A stretch of 64,000 nucleotides of DNA from Candidatus Aminicenantales bacterium (GCA_049512315.1 JBEKXF010000012.1:1-64000), one strand, 5' to 3'; positions 9,355-19,152 are shown, numbered from the stretch's first letter. Notes: a model not told the origin generated them from the letters alone. A program made the numbers and translations.

Positions 9355-11676
9355 CTATCTTTCCGTTAATTGAACGACCCAGACTTCGCCGGGCTTGAGC
9401 GTTTTGCCGACGACGGCCCGGTCCCCCTCGACGGCGGAGTCCACGACCGCTCCCATCTCTACCTCCCGGGCCGCGGCCCGGCCGCCCTTCATCAGGACGG
9501 CGAATTTCGCCGCCACGGCCTTCTCTCCCCGGTTAAAACCGAACAGGATCTTGTAGCCCTCGCCCTCGAGGACGCGGCCTTCGACGACCGCGCCGGGCTC
9601 AGCGGCCGTGACTTCGACCGGCTTCGGGATCTTCAGCCATTCGGCCAGGCCCGCGAAGAGCTTGCCGTTCGCGGGGTTCTTGAAGTGGTGGTAGGCCGAC
9701 CCGGGGAAGGACCCGACGATCATGACCTTCCCTTTTCCGTAGGGTGCATAGACCATGGCCGGCCTCCCGTCGGAAAATTCGGCCAGGACCCGGCTGTCCT
9801 TGCCGAAGACGTCGAAGCTCTCCTCGAAAAAGAGCGCGTCGAGGGTGTCACCGGGCTTGAGGAGCGGAATGGACTCGTGGGCGACCTTGATCCTGATCGC
9901 CGAGGTCTTCGGAATCGGCACGAGCTCGAGCTCGCGGCAGCCCAGGGCGTCGCTGAGGCCGGCGCCGGGGATGACCAGGCTCGAGAACCCTTTCTCATCC
10001 ACCCAGCCGCAGCGGGCCTCGGTCAGGAGCGTCCCGCCGTCCCGGACAAAATCGATGAGCTTCCGGACATGGGGCTGGGACATCTGCACGGGGTACGGCG
10101 CGATGATCAGCTTGTAGCCGGCCGCCCGCGGCGTTCCCAGGTCGTTGACGTGGAGGAAGTCGACCGGGATGTTCCTTTCAAAGAAGGCTCTGTGGATGCC
10201 CTGGAGCGATTCGCTGAGGTTGTTGACGCCGACGGTCTGGCCTTCGCCGGTGAAGGACTGCTGCCCGCCGACCATGTGCGACAGGGGGATATAAAGGATG
10301 GCGATCTCCGCCCGCGAGGGCAGCGCCTTGAGGAAGAGGTCCTTGTTCGCGGTGATCACGCGGGCGATCTTTCCGGCCGCCTCGGCCCGCTCCGTCACTT
10401 TCCCGTCGAGCTCGACCAGGCCGTAGCCGCCCGCCTCGTAGCCCGTGCTCATCGGATAATAGGCGTAGATATTGACCGCCCGGGTCCCGTAGGCCACGGT
10501 GCTCCACATCCAGTCGCGGAGGTCCGCGCTGACCACGGGATAGCTCATCTTCATGCCGAAGACCCCGTAGCCCGCCTGGAGCTCGCCGATGTAAAAGCCC
10601 TTGTTCCCGATGCCCATGGAGCGGACGAAGTCCAGGCCGGACGAGCGGTAATAAGGCGACCAGGGCCGGATGGTCCAGGCGTGCTTGGGATAGATCGACG
10701 CGCCGTAAAAATCCACGCTGTCCGACATCTTGCGGTCATCGGGTGTCCCGGACCAGTCCGGGCGGGTGAAGATCCCGGGGCCCGCCGAATGGCTCGTGAC
10801 CACGGTTTCGGGGAGGACCGATTTGACGGCCTGGGCCTTGAGCCGGAGGTCCTCGGCCAGCTTGTCGGAGATGAACTCCTTCCAGTCGATGTAGTCGGTG
10901 AAGGTCAGAATGGTCCCATAGCGGGGCGGCTGGACCTCCTCCCAGGACCGCACCGTTCTGTACCAGGCCTTGTTGAGGTTGTCCACGCTGACGTACTTTT
11001 TCTTGAGCCATTCCCGGAAGCGCTCCTGCGTCGAATGACAATAGCAGAATTGGACGTAGCTGAGGTCGCCGACATAGTTGACCTCGGCCCAGTTGATGAT
11101 GTGGGGTTCGCTCCAGAGGTCCCAGCCGTAGAGGGCCGGCTTGTCCTTGACGGCCCTGGCCGCCTCGCTGAAAAAGCGGAGGATCTTGTCGCGGACGCCG
11201 GCGTGGTCGAAGCAGAAGCCGGGCGAGGCCTGGGACTCGACGGCGACGCCGTTCGAGGAAACGAACTTCGAATCGGGATGCTTCACCCCGACCCAATCCG
11301 GCGCGGAGTCGATATAAACCTGGACGATGACCCGCAGCCCGACCTCGCCGGCCAGGTCCGTGAGGAGCTTGAGGGCGCTGAAGTCGTACTTCCCTTCCTC
11401 TTTTTCGCAGGCCGTCCACTCGATCCAGGAGCGGACCGTGTTGAAGCCCAGCCGCTTGATCTCGTCGAGGTCCTTCCGCCAAACGTCGCGGGACTGGGGC
11501 GTCACAGTTTCGAGCATGGGCGCCCGGGCCTTTCCGCCGGCGTACCAGACGGAAACCGGGAAAAACCCTTTTGTTTTATCCCCGGGCGCGGACCCGGCCC
11601 GGGGCGCGCCGAAGAGGCCGGCCGTCAGGGCCGAGGTCAGGGCCGTGGCGAAGAGGATCTTGCTTCGTTGTCTCAT
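9355..11676 (-). CDS. GH42-like beta-galactosidase/beta-glycosidase, secreted
   Basis: W..DL..IKRLGFNTVR, W..CE..EG.YDFS, acid/base 'WSEP', nucleophile 'IGELQAG', trimerisation domain 'YKLIIAP...DFVRDGGTL'; signal peptide. Confidence 0.85.
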   Translation of the reverse strand: MRQRSKILFATALTSALTAGLFGAPRAGSAPGDKTKGFFPVSVWYAGGKARAPMLETVTPQSRDVWRKDLDEIKRLGFNTVRSWIEWTACEKEEGKYDFSALKLLTDLAGEVGLRVIVQVYIDSAPDWVGVKHPDSKFVSSNGVAVESQASPGFCFDHAGVRDKILRFFSEAARAVKDKPALYGWDLWSEPHIINWAEVNYVGDLSYVQFCYCHSTQERFREWLKKKYVSVDNLNKAWYRTVRSWEEVQPPRYGTILTFTDYIDWKEFISDKLAEDLRLKAQAVKSVLPETVVTSHSAGPGIFTRPDWSGTPDDRKMSDSVDFYGASIYPKHAWTIRPWSPYYRSSGLDFVRSMGIGNKGFYIGELQAGYGVFGMKMSYPVVSADLRDWMWSTVAYGTRAVNIYAYYPMSTGYEAGGYGLVELDGKVTERAEAAGKIARVITANKDLFLKALPSRAEIAILYIPLSHMVGGQQSFTGEGQTVGVNNLSESLQGIHRAFFERNIPVDFLHVNDLGTPRAAGYKLIIAPYPVQMSQPHVRKLIDFVRDGGTLLTEARCGWVDEKGFSSLVIPGAGLSDALGCRELELVPIPKTSAIRIKVAHESIPLLKPGDTLDALFFEESFDVFGKDSRVLAEFSDGRPAMVYAPYGKGKVMIVGSFPGSAYHHFKNPANGKLFAGLAEWLKIPKPVEVTAAEPGAVVEGRVLEGEGYKILFGFNRGEKAVAAKFAVLMKGGRAAAREVEMGAVVDSAVEGDRAVVGKTLKPGEVWVVQLTER

Positions 11677-11718
11677 CGGTGGCTCACCTCGTTCTTTAGT
11701 TCAACGAATTCCCGCCGG

Positions 11719-12843
11719 TCAGGGGGATCGGAATAACTGCCCGATGACCTCCAGGAGCTCCGACTTGCCGTTCCGGTAATCCTGGCTCAGCTCCCAGATG
11801 ATGACGCCAGCGGACTGCTTGGCCTTGACGTAATCGCACTTCGCGCCGACCGACTGGGTGTCGTCATAACAGACGATCATCCCCGCGTCGGAGCGGCGGA
11901 GATAAGGGACCTGGGCGGTCGCGTCCCAGATCCGGGTCCAGCCCGCGGCGAGAAGGCCCATGGCGTCCGTGTAGGAGTAGTCCGTGCAGGTCATGAACGG
12001 CAGACCGAGCCCGCCGCAATCGAAGGAGCGTCCGTAGAAGGGCACGCCGAGGAGGAGCTTGCCGAGCGGGACCTGTCGCTGGCGGGCATATTGGAAGGTC
12101 TCGTCCACGGACCCGTCCGTATCACCTGCGTCGGCATAGAGGGGGGAGTTGTGGCCGGAATGGTCTGACCAGGATCCGTGGAAGTCATAGGTCATGAAGC
12201 CGATGAAATCGAAGTCCGCGGCCAGCTGCTCGAAGTTGATCCACTGACCGTAATAGTCTCCGGCGGGCGCGGCCATGGTCAGGAGGAGCTGTGGCGTCCG
12301 GGATTTGAGGGCCGTTGAGAGCTCATGGATGAAGAGGGCGAAATTCGCCTGCTCAGTCGGGTTCGAGACGAACTCCCAATCGATGTCCACGCCGTCGTAG
12401 CTGTTCGCCGCGCAGAAGCTGACGACCTGACCGATGAACTTCGCCCGGTTCCCGGACGTCGCGGTCATGCCCGGGAATCCTCCGGCGTTACCCCAGCCGC
12501 CGAGGCTCATGATCATCTTGACGCCGTTCTGGTGGGCGGTGGCGTTGAGCTCGGGGTAGAGGTAATCGGCCGGGACGACGAGGTTTCCGCTCGAATCCGG
12601 CCAGGTAAAGGCATGGGCGATATGGGTCAGGTTCGTGTAGCCGACCTTGGAGTGGCTGAAGACGTCCCGGCTCGAGGAAGCGTAGTAGCCGATGACGACC
12701 TTGGTCAACGGTGTCGGCCGGGGTTCGGGCGTTGTCCCGGATTTCTGGCACGCGACGGCCGCCAGCGCAACCAGGACCACGACCAGGAACAGGACGCCCA
12801 TTGTCCGTGACGGTGACGCGGCGTGTTTTCTGATACAGTTCAA
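11719..12843 (-). CDS. Glycoside hydrolase family 18 (chitinase-like) lipoprotein
   Basis: SLGGW, catalytic DGVDIDWE, MTYDFHG.W, LGVPFYGR, IWELSQD; lipobox 'LAAVAC'. Start is uncertain (TTG 12843 or ATG 12801). Confidence 0.92.
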   Translation of the reverse strand: MNCIRKHAASPSRTMGVLFLVVVLVALAAVACQKSGTTPEPRPTPLTKVVIGYYASSSRDVFSHSKVGYTNLTHIAHAFTWPDSSGNLVVPADYLYPELNATAHQNGVKMIMSLGGWGNAGGFPGMTATSGNRAKFIGQVVSFCAANSYDGVDIDWEFVSNPTEQANFALFIHELSTALKSRTPQLLLTMAAPAGDYYGQWINFEQLAADFDFIGFMTYDFHGSWSDHSGHNSPLYADAGDTDGSVDETFQYARQRQVPLGKLLLGVPFYGRSFDCGGLGLPFMTCTDYSYTDAMGLLAAGWTRIWDATAQVPYLRRSDAGMIVCYDDTQSVGAKCDYVKAKQSAGVIIWELSQDYRNGKSELLEVIGQLFRSP

Positions 12844-12910
12844 TGTCTTCGGCCCAGGGAACTACTTTTATCCCATCCCGGCGATTTTTTCAATCGCCTC
12901 CGAAGCTCTT

Positions 12911-13819
12911 TCAGGCGATCTCGGGAAGGCAGAAGGCGATCTCGTGGGTGGCCCCGCATCCGGCACAGCGGACGGCGGCTTCGAGCCTCTCGCACTTGAC
13001 GCCTTTTTCCGTCCGGAAGTCGAGCTCCCAGCCGCGGCCGCAGGAGCCACACACGGCCGGTGCGACCAGCATGATCTTGAGCCGCCGGGGCCGGCCCAGG
13101 GACCGGCGGACCTCGGGTGTCCGGACCTTGAAATCCATCCCGTGGGCTTCCTTGAGCTCGGCGAGAAAGGAGCGATAAAAGCGGAGGGTCTCCCCCGATT
13201 TCCGGGCGGCGAACTTCCGGGCCGACTCCGTCCGCATGTTCAACGGCAGGACCGCGGCGTAGGTCAGCTCCTTGCTCAGATGGTTCATGATGGCCGTCTC
13301 CAGGTTCCGGCCGCGGAGGGTGGACTTGACGAAGAACTCGGCGACGCCCAGGAGCCCGAACTTGGAGAGGAAATCCGCGTCGTGGATGATGTCGGCCAGC
13401 TTGTTCCGGCGGGCGCCGGCGTTGTAGAGCGAGCGCAGGGCCCGGACGACGTGGCCGACGGCGGCCATGTCCAGCTCCGCGTCTTCGAGGACCTCCCGGG
13501 CGAGACGGGCCGCCGCTTCCTCCTCGGGCTTCTCGTCGCGATGGTAGCGGCCGCCGCTGAACTTCCCCGAGTCGTGGAAGAGGGCCGTCATCGCCGCAAG
13601 GTCCGCGTCTTCCTTTTCCATCTTCGCCAGCCGGAAAGCGAGAGAGGCGACGAGGACGGTGTGCTCCCAAAGAAAGCCGCCGGCAGCGATCTTGCCGCCC
13701 GTGAATTTTATCTCGGACTCCTCGATGAGCTTGCGAACGCGCTCGACGAGGCCGGGGTGACGGGCGGTCAGGGATTTGTAGAAGTCCTGCTGTTTGAGGA
13801 GCATGGGGAACCCGCTCAT
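12911..13819 (-). CDS. HD-domain metal-dependent phosphohydrolase with C-terminal CxxC...CxxC zinc ribbon
   Basis: EHT..VA, LFHDSGK, HDADFL motifs; C-terminal CGSC...CAGC. Start trimmed to ATG 13819 (or 13804) so that it does not overlap mobA. Confidence 0.75.
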   Translation of the reverse strand: MSGFPMLLKQQDFYKSLTARHPGLVERVRKLIEESEIKFTGGKIAAGGFLWEHTVLVASLAFRLAKMEKEDADLAAMTALFHDSGKFSGGRYHRDEKPEEEAAARLAREVLEDAELDMAAVGHVVRALRSLYNAGARRNKLADIIHDADFLSKFGLLGVAEFFVKSTLRGRNLETAIMNHLSKELTYAAVLPLNMRTESARKFAARKSGETLRFYRSFLAELKEAHGMDFKVRTPEVRRSLGRPRRLKIMLVAPAVCGSCGRGWELDFRTEKGVKCERLEAAVRCAGCGATHEIAFCLPEIA

Positions 13820-13888
13820 TATCCCGTTCGGCCCGGCCGAAGTCAAGGACCTCCAAGCACTATCACGGGCAGCGGGAAATGAGCTATC

Positions 13889-14587
13889 ATGAGGAATATG
13901 GAGCGCGAAATCCGGAGCGGCGGGAGACCGGTCACGGTCATCGTCCTGGCCGGCGGCAGGGGTCGCCGGATGAACGCGGACAAGGCCCGGCTCCCGGTCC
14001 GTGGCGAAACGATGCTGGAACGGGTGATCGGCCAGGTCGCGCCTTATTTCAGCGAAATTCTGGTGAGCGTTTCGCCGGGGCAGAAGGTCCACGTCAAGGC
14101 AATGAGCCGGGTCAAGGCCGAGCCGTCGAGGAAATGGAAGGCTGACCACGAGAGCCCCGCGCTGACCACTGCGGCAAAAACGGAACCGGGCGTAAGATTC
14201 GTCGAGGACCAGGTGCCGGACCTCGGACCGCTGGGCGGGATCCTGGCGGGATTACGAGCGGCGGCGAACGACGCCTGCGCCGTCGTCGCCTGCGATATTC
14301 CTGACGTGCATGTCGCTTTGCTACGGAAGCTCGCGAGGGCCGCTGCGGCCGCGGACATCTCCGTCCCCGTGACAAAAGCTGGTCAATTCGAACCCCTTTT
14401 CGCCGTTTACACGAAAGCGGTCATCCCGGAGATCGAGGCCCTCCTCCGCTCCGGAGAGCAGAGCATCCTCCCGCTCTTCGAACACTGCCGCACGGAGCGT
14501 GTCCCGCTTGAGGATGCGGCATGGCTTCGCAACCTCAACACCCGCGGGGATTACGAGTCTTACCTTAAGTCCATTCCCCGGAAATAA
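13889..14587 (+). CDS. mobA: Molybdenum cofactor guanylyltransferase
   Basis: IVLAGGRGRRM..DKA.L, GPLGGI..GL, VACD.P, EPLFAVY, NLNT..DY; adjacent to a bis-MGD enzyme operon. Confidence 0.92.
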   Translation: MRNMEREIRSGGRPVTVIVLAGGRGRRMNADKARLPVRGETMLERVIGQVAPYFSEILVSVSPGQKVHVKAMSRVKAEPSRKWKADHESPALTTAAKTEPGVRFVEDQVPDLGPLGGILAGLRAAANDACAVVACDIPDVHVALLRKLARAAAAADISVPVTKAGQFEPLFAVYTKAVIPEIEALLRSGEQSILPLFEHCRTERVPLEDAAWLRNLNTRGDYESYLKSIPRK

Positions 14588-14614
14588 GGGGCTTTGGGGG
14601 GCCTAAAAAGAAGG

Positions 14615-14655
14615 TAACTCTATTTCTTTCAATGTGTTGCTGTGGTCCGACCCCA
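14615..14655 (+). repeat. Family B repeat, partial copy (IHF-like site + TGTGGTCCGACCCCA end)
   Basis: TAACTCTATTTCTTTCAATGTGTTGCTGTGGTCCGACCCCA aligns without gaps to the last 41 nt of the copies at 45331-45443 and 60331-60443; lies between convergent mobA and dmsC. Confidence 0.65.
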
Positions 14656-14680
14656 TTAGGGCCCCATTAGGACCTGTGCA

Positions 14681-15547
14681 TTAGGGCCGGCGGCCGGGCA
14701 GGCCGTAAAAGAGAAAGCGGCCACTGATCTCTCCTGAAGCGGCGAGAAAAAACGCAGCAAGCAGGACAGCTGGAGGCTCGGCGACCCCCAGAACGGGCCC
14801 GTCCTTGGACGCCACAACGACGGCGAGAAGCGCGGCGCCGGCCAGGAGCGCGGATAACCTGGCCGCATGGAGAGCGGAAGACCCGCCGCCCGGCGGCCGG
14901 AGCGAAGGCCCGGGCTTCACGCCGAACAATCCATGTCCCGGAGCCAGGAGCACGGCGCCGGCGAGGCCGGCCACGACCGAAACGAGGGTGACGGCCAGGA
15001 GAGGCCGATAAAAAGGCGGGGGGTCCGTGAACATGCCGAAAAAGACCGTTGAGGCGGCCGCCCCGAGGACCACGGACGTCAGCAAGAAAGAGATGGGCGT
15101 CGAAGGACTGTTCCAGGCCGGGACGGCCGGGAGCATATAAAGCCTGGACATGCTCAGGATGAACAGCAGGCCGGCCAGCCCGCCGAGGACGAAGAGCGCC
15201 GTGATGAAGGCCGGGCTCCCGGTCCGCTGCCACTCGAAGAACCCGAGAAGGACGGCGATGCCTACGAACACGAGCTCGAAGAGGATCTCGCGGCTCAGCC
15301 AGGACGTCCCGATGTTGCTGAAGATCTTATACGCCCGGACGGGATGATAGAGGTGGAAGAGGGACAGAACGGTCGCCGCGGCCATGAAGCCCAGGACCGC
15401 GAGGACGAGGGTCAGGCGGGCTCCCGCCCCGCCGGATCCCGCCGACATTCCTCCGAATAAAAAAAGCGGCCCGCCGATAAACAGGTAGATCCCGACGGCC
15501 AGCTGCCCGATGACAGTGAAGGCGACGAGGGACCACTCCCCTGCCAC
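14681..15547 (-). CDS. dmsC: DMSO reductase family membrane anchor subunit C
   Basis: EWSLVAFT..GQ.AVG, SLFHL..P.RA, SWLSREI, Y....VPAWN, GE..GR.LFY motifs; GTG start directly follows the dmsB stop. Confidence 0.9.
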   Translation of the reverse strand: MAGEWSLVAFTVIGQLAVGIYLFIGGPLFLFGGMSAGSGGAGARLTLVLAVLGFMAAATVLSLFHLYHPVRAYKIFSNIGTSWLSREILFELVFVGIAVLLGFFEWQRTGSPAFITALFVLGGLAGLLFILSMSRLYMLPAVPAWNSPSTPISFLLTSVVLGAAASTVFFGMFTDPPPFYRPLLAVTLVSVVAGLAGAVLLAPGHGLFGVKPGPSLRPPGGGSSALHAARLSALLAGAALLAVVVASKDGPVLGVAEPPAVLLAAFFLAASGEISGRFLFYGLPGRRP

Positions 15548-16165
15548 TTACACTTCCTCCCAGTTGGCCACCTCGGCCGCTTTGGCGGCGGCTTTGTCCG
15601 CATCCCGATGGGGTTTGATGACGAGTGCGGGCTCGGCCTGGGAGGGTTCGGGGAGCGGGAAGAGCTGCCGGACGTTCCCATATTTTTTCCGCATCTCCGC
15701 GAGGTCGCCGAAATCGAGGGCCCGCAGCGGGCAGGCCGCGACGCAGGCCGGGGGTTCCCCGGCGTCGACGGCATCGTAGCAGAAATGGCACTTCGAGACC
15801 GTGTTTGTCGTGGCGTTGAACCGGATGGCATTATACGGGCAGGCCCACTCGCAGTAACGGCAACCGATGCAGCGCTCCGTCTCGATGAGGACGATCCCGT
15901 CGTCCCGCTTGCCGATGGCCTTGACGGGACAGGAGAAGGCGCAGACGGGTTTTTCGCAGTGGTTACAGGCCATTGAAATGTTGTAGGCGACGACGGACGG
16001 GACCCAGACCTCTCCCCGCTTTTCCCATCCGCCGCCGGCGACTTCGTAGACCCGGCGCCAGAGAAGCCCGGTCTCGAGGTCGTTCCGGTCTTTGCAGGCC
16101 ATCTGGCAGGCCTTGCAGCCCGTGCAGGCCGAGGCGTCGAAAAAGAAGGCGTACTGGGTCACCAT
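15548..16165 (-). CDS. dmsB: DMSO reductase family Fe-S subunit B
   Basis: QYAFFFD...CTGCKACQMACKD, CNHCEKPVC...CP, CIGCRYCEWACPY, KCHFC...PACVAACP.RALDFG; start at ATG 16165. Confidence 0.93.
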   Translation of the reverse strand: MVTQYAFFFDASACTGCKACQMACKDRNDLETGLLWRRVYEVAGGGWEKRGEVWVPSVVAYNISMACNHCEKPVCAFSCPVKAIGKRDDGIVLIETERCIGCRYCEWACPYNAIRFNATTNTVSKCHFCYDAVDAGEPPACVAACPLRALDFGDLAEMRKKYGNVRQLFPLPEPSQAEPALVIKPHRDADKAAAKAAEVANWEEV

Positions 16166-16176
16166 GCCCACCCCCC

Positions 16177-18612
16177 TCAGCCCTTCTCCGCTTTTTCGAC
16201 CTGGACCATGATCGTGTGCTGAGCGTTGCCGAAGGCCAGGGGCGTCCAGCGCTCGGACGAAAGGACGTTGACCGAGCCCCGGCGGTCGACCCCGTCCTTG
16301 TCCGGCGTCCACCAGGCGCCCTGGGGCAGGGCCACGACGCCGGGCATGATCCGGGGCGTCACGCGGCAGGGGACGACCGTAGCCCCTCTGTCGTTGAAAA
16401 CCCGGATCTTGTCGCCGTTCCGGATGTTCCTCGCTCCTGCGTCCACGGGGTTGATGAACAGGCGCTGGGGAAAGGCCTCGTTCAACCAGTCCACATTCTC
16501 CATGGTCGAATGGACACGCGCGAGGTAATGATGCCCGATGGCCGAGAGCGGGAATTTCCTCGCCTCGGGGCCGAACGGGCTCTCCCATTCCTGAATGTAC
16601 TTGGGGATGGCCGGGATCTCGGCCGGCCTGTTCATGTCGTGGAGACGCTTGGAGAAGATCTCGACCTTCCCCGACGGCGTCGGCAGCGGATGTTTCAACG
16701 GGTCCCGCCGGAAATCGGCGAAGGCGATGGCCGGTTTCGTGACCGGGACCGAATAAACCCCCATATTGGATCTCTCGAATTCGTCAAGAGCCGGCAGGCC
16801 CGGGAAGCGGGCCTTCCGGTAGCGGTCGAGCATCCAGGCCGTCCAGTCGCGCTCGCTCCTCCCCTTCGTGTAGGCTTCGCCCACTCCGAGCCGGGCGGCG
16901 ATATCGGCCGCGATCCGGTAGTCGCTCTTGGTCTCAAAGGGCGGGTCCACGATCTTGGGCATGAGCAGGACCTCGTCGCCGTATTTCCAGCCGTCCTCGA
17001 AGCCCCACGTCTCGAACTGGGTGCAGGCCGGGAGGAGGATGTCGGCGAAGCGGCCCGTCGGAGTCAGGAAGTTGTCCTGGACGAGGAGGAACTCGACGAG
17101 CTTCTCGTCCGCCAAGATCTTCGCCGTCCGGTTGATGTTGCTGTGCTGGTTGACAAGGGCGTTGCAGGCGACGGCCCAGATGCACTTGATGCCGGTCGTG
17201 AGCTTGTCGACGCCGCGGACGCCGTCTTCGGGCTCCATCTCCTTGCCCCGCAGGACCGCCTCTGTCCAGAGGAAGCTCGGGATCTGGGCTTGGACCGGGT
17301 TCCGGCCCGTCGGAAACATTAACTCGCGGGGACCGCCGTCGGGGGCCTGGAGGGCGATCCCGCTGGCCCAGCCGCCGGCAACCCCGACGTTCCCGGTGAT
17401 CGCGGCCAGGACGCAGCCGGCCCGGACGACCTGCTCGCCGTAGGCCCGCCGCTGCATGCCGTACCCCTGGTAAAGGACGCCGGGCCTGGTCATGGCGTAC
17501 TCGCGGGCGATCCGGGCGATCGTCTCCCGCGGGACGCCCGTGACCGCCTCGGCCCACTCGGGCGTTTTGGGGACTCCGTCGCGCGTCCCCAGGATGTAAT
17601 CCTTGTAGCTCTCGGCCCCTTCCGCCCCTGGCGGCATCTGGGTTTCGTCGAAGCCGACGCAGTGAGTGCGGACGAACTCCGCGTCGTAGAGTCCCTCCTT
17701 GATCATCACATGGGCCATGGCCGACATCATGGCCGCGTCCGTCCCCGGCCGGATCGGGACCCACTCGTCGGCAAGGGCCACGGCGCTCAATGTCATCCGC
17801 GGGTCGATGCAGACGACGCGGGCCCCTCTTTCGCGGGCCTTCCGGACGATGTACTCGCTGTTCGTCCCGTCGCGCATCTCGGCCGGGTTCCAGCTCCACA
17901 TGAGGATATACTTCGAGTTGAGCCAGTCCTGGCGCTGGTTGCCGGTGACGGCCGTTCCGTAGACGGTCGGGGTGGCCGCTGAGATGGCGGCCCACGAGTA
18001 GCTGTTGTAGAAGCCGAGGGAGCCGCCGAAGAGATTCATCAGGCGCTCGGCCGTCTGCCGGCCGTTCAGCTGGTTGTAGCTTCCCGTTCCGTAGGGGACG
18101 TAGAAGGCCTGGTTCCCGTAAGCGGCCTTGATCCGTCCGAATTCGGCGGCAATCCTGTCCAGGGCTTCGTCCCAGGAGATGCGCTCGAACTTCCCCTCGC
18201 CCCTCTTCCCCACCCTCTTCATCGGGAACTTGAGGCGATCGGGATGATACTGGCGCCGGCGGTAAGCCCGGCCGCGGACGCAGGCTCTGAGCTGGGGGTC
18301 GTCGAGGGTGTCGCCGGGCCGGTCGTCGCCGTCGATCCGGACGATGACGCCGTCACGGACATGGACACGGAGGAGGCAGCGGCCGCCGCAGTTGTGCGAT
18401 GGGCAGCCGGTCCGGACCATCTTCTCTACGACCGGCACAGCCGGGACGGCTTGGGCGGCGTTCGCCGAAGAGGCGGGGCGTTTTTTCCGAAGCCCGGCGG
18501 CGAGCTTGCCCGCCGCCGCGGCCGAAGCGCCGACCCCTGCGCTCCAGCGGAGAAAGCCCCGCCGGCTCATGGAGGCGAGCTCCATTTTTTTCTTGAGGGG
18601 CGCTTGTTTCAT
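16177..18612 (-). CDS. dmsA: DMSO/selenate reductase family molybdoenzyme catalytic subunit A (DmsA/YnfE-like), Tat exported
   Basis: Tat motif SRRGFLR; FS0 motif CPSHNCGGRC...RACVRG; HPDRLKFPMKRVGKRGEGKFERISWDEA; Ser-ligand region YSW; TPSGKVEI; followed by dmsB and dmsC. Confidence 0.9.
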   Translation of the reverse strand: MKQAPLKKKMELASMSRRGFLRWSAGVGASAAAAGKLAAGLRKKRPASSANAAQAVPAVPVVEKMVRTGCPSHNCGGRCLLRVHVRDGVIVRIDGDDRPGDTLDDPQLRACVRGRAYRRRQYHPDRLKFPMKRVGKRGEGKFERISWDEALDRIAAEFGRIKAAYGNQAFYVPYGTGSYNQLNGRQTAERLMNLFGGSLGFYNSYSWAAISAATPTVYGTAVTGNQRQDWLNSKYILMWSWNPAEMRDGTNSEYIVRKARERGARVVCIDPRMTLSAVALADEWVPIRPGTDAAMMSAMAHVMIKEGLYDAEFVRTHCVGFDETQMPPGAEGAESYKDYILGTRDGVPKTPEWAEAVTGVPRETIARIAREYAMTRPGVLYQGYGMQRRAYGEQVVRAGCVLAAITGNVGVAGGWASGIALQAPDGGPRELMFPTGRNPVQAQIPSFLWTEAVLRGKEMEPEDGVRGVDKLTTGIKCIWAVACNALVNQHSNINRTAKILADEKLVEFLLVQDNFLTPTGRFADILLPACTQFETWGFEDGWKYGDEVLLMPKIVDPPFETKSDYRIAADIAARLGVGEAYTKGRSERDWTAWMLDRYRKARFPGLPALDEFERSNMGVYSVPVTKPAIAFADFRRDPLKHPLPTPSGKVEIFSKRLHDMNRPAEIPAIPKYIQEWESPFGPEARKFPLSAIGHHYLARVHSTMENVDWLNEAFPQRLFINPVDAGARNIRNGDKIRVFNDRGATVVPCRVTPRIMPGVVALPQGAWWTPDKDGVDRRGSVNVLSSERWTPLAFGNAQHTIMVQVEKAEKG

Positions 18613-18638
18613 CGCGGCCGTCGGCCGCCCCGCCAGGC

Positions 18639-19103
18639 CTAGACCTGGATCGACAGGAAGACCTGGAGGCCCATCTGGCCGATCTGGTCCTGGATGGCCT
18701 CGATCTCGTCGACGTGGCCGTCCTCGTCCTTGAGGATCGACTCGAGGACCTCGCGAGTGGCATAGTCCTTGAGGTCGCCGGCGAGCACGATGGCCGCGTT
18801 GTAGGACTTGACGGCCCCCATCTCCGCGTCGTGGTCATTGGCGAACATTTTGGGCACTTCGGCGCCGATGTGGAGCGCCTTCAGCTCGCCGACGATGGGC
18901 GTCCCTTCGAGGAAGAGGATGCGGCCGATGAGCTGCTCGGCATGCTTCATTTCGGTGACGGCCCGCTTCTCGATCAGCTTGTGGAGCTTGTCGTAGCCCC
19001 AGTTGTCGCACATCTCGGAATGGACCATGTACTGGTTGATGGCGGTCAGCTCGTCGGCCAGGAGAGAGTTCATAACCTTGATGAGTTTCGGATCGCCTTT
19101 CAT
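18639..19103 (-). CDS. bfr: Bacterioferritin
   Basis: MKGD..., ELTAINQY..H, EMKHAE.LI.RILFLEG.P (heme Met present), DE.GH ferroxidase ligands. Confidence 0.95.
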   Translation of the reverse strand: MKGDPKLIKVMNSLLADELTAINQYMVHSEMCDNWGYDKLHKLIEKRAVTEMKHAEQLIGRILFLEGTPIVGELKALHIGAEVPKMFANDHDAEMGAVKSYNAAIVLAGDLKDYATREVLESILKDEDGHVDEIEAIQDQIGQMGLQVFLSIQV

Positions 19104-19152
19104 GATTGCCTCCTGCTATTCGCGGATTTTCAAACGGTTTGTTTGTGAGTAT

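Noticed and set aside
16177..18612. Selenocysteine or recoding in the molybdoenzyme
   Set aside because: The ORF is uninterrupted and has Ser in the ligand region.
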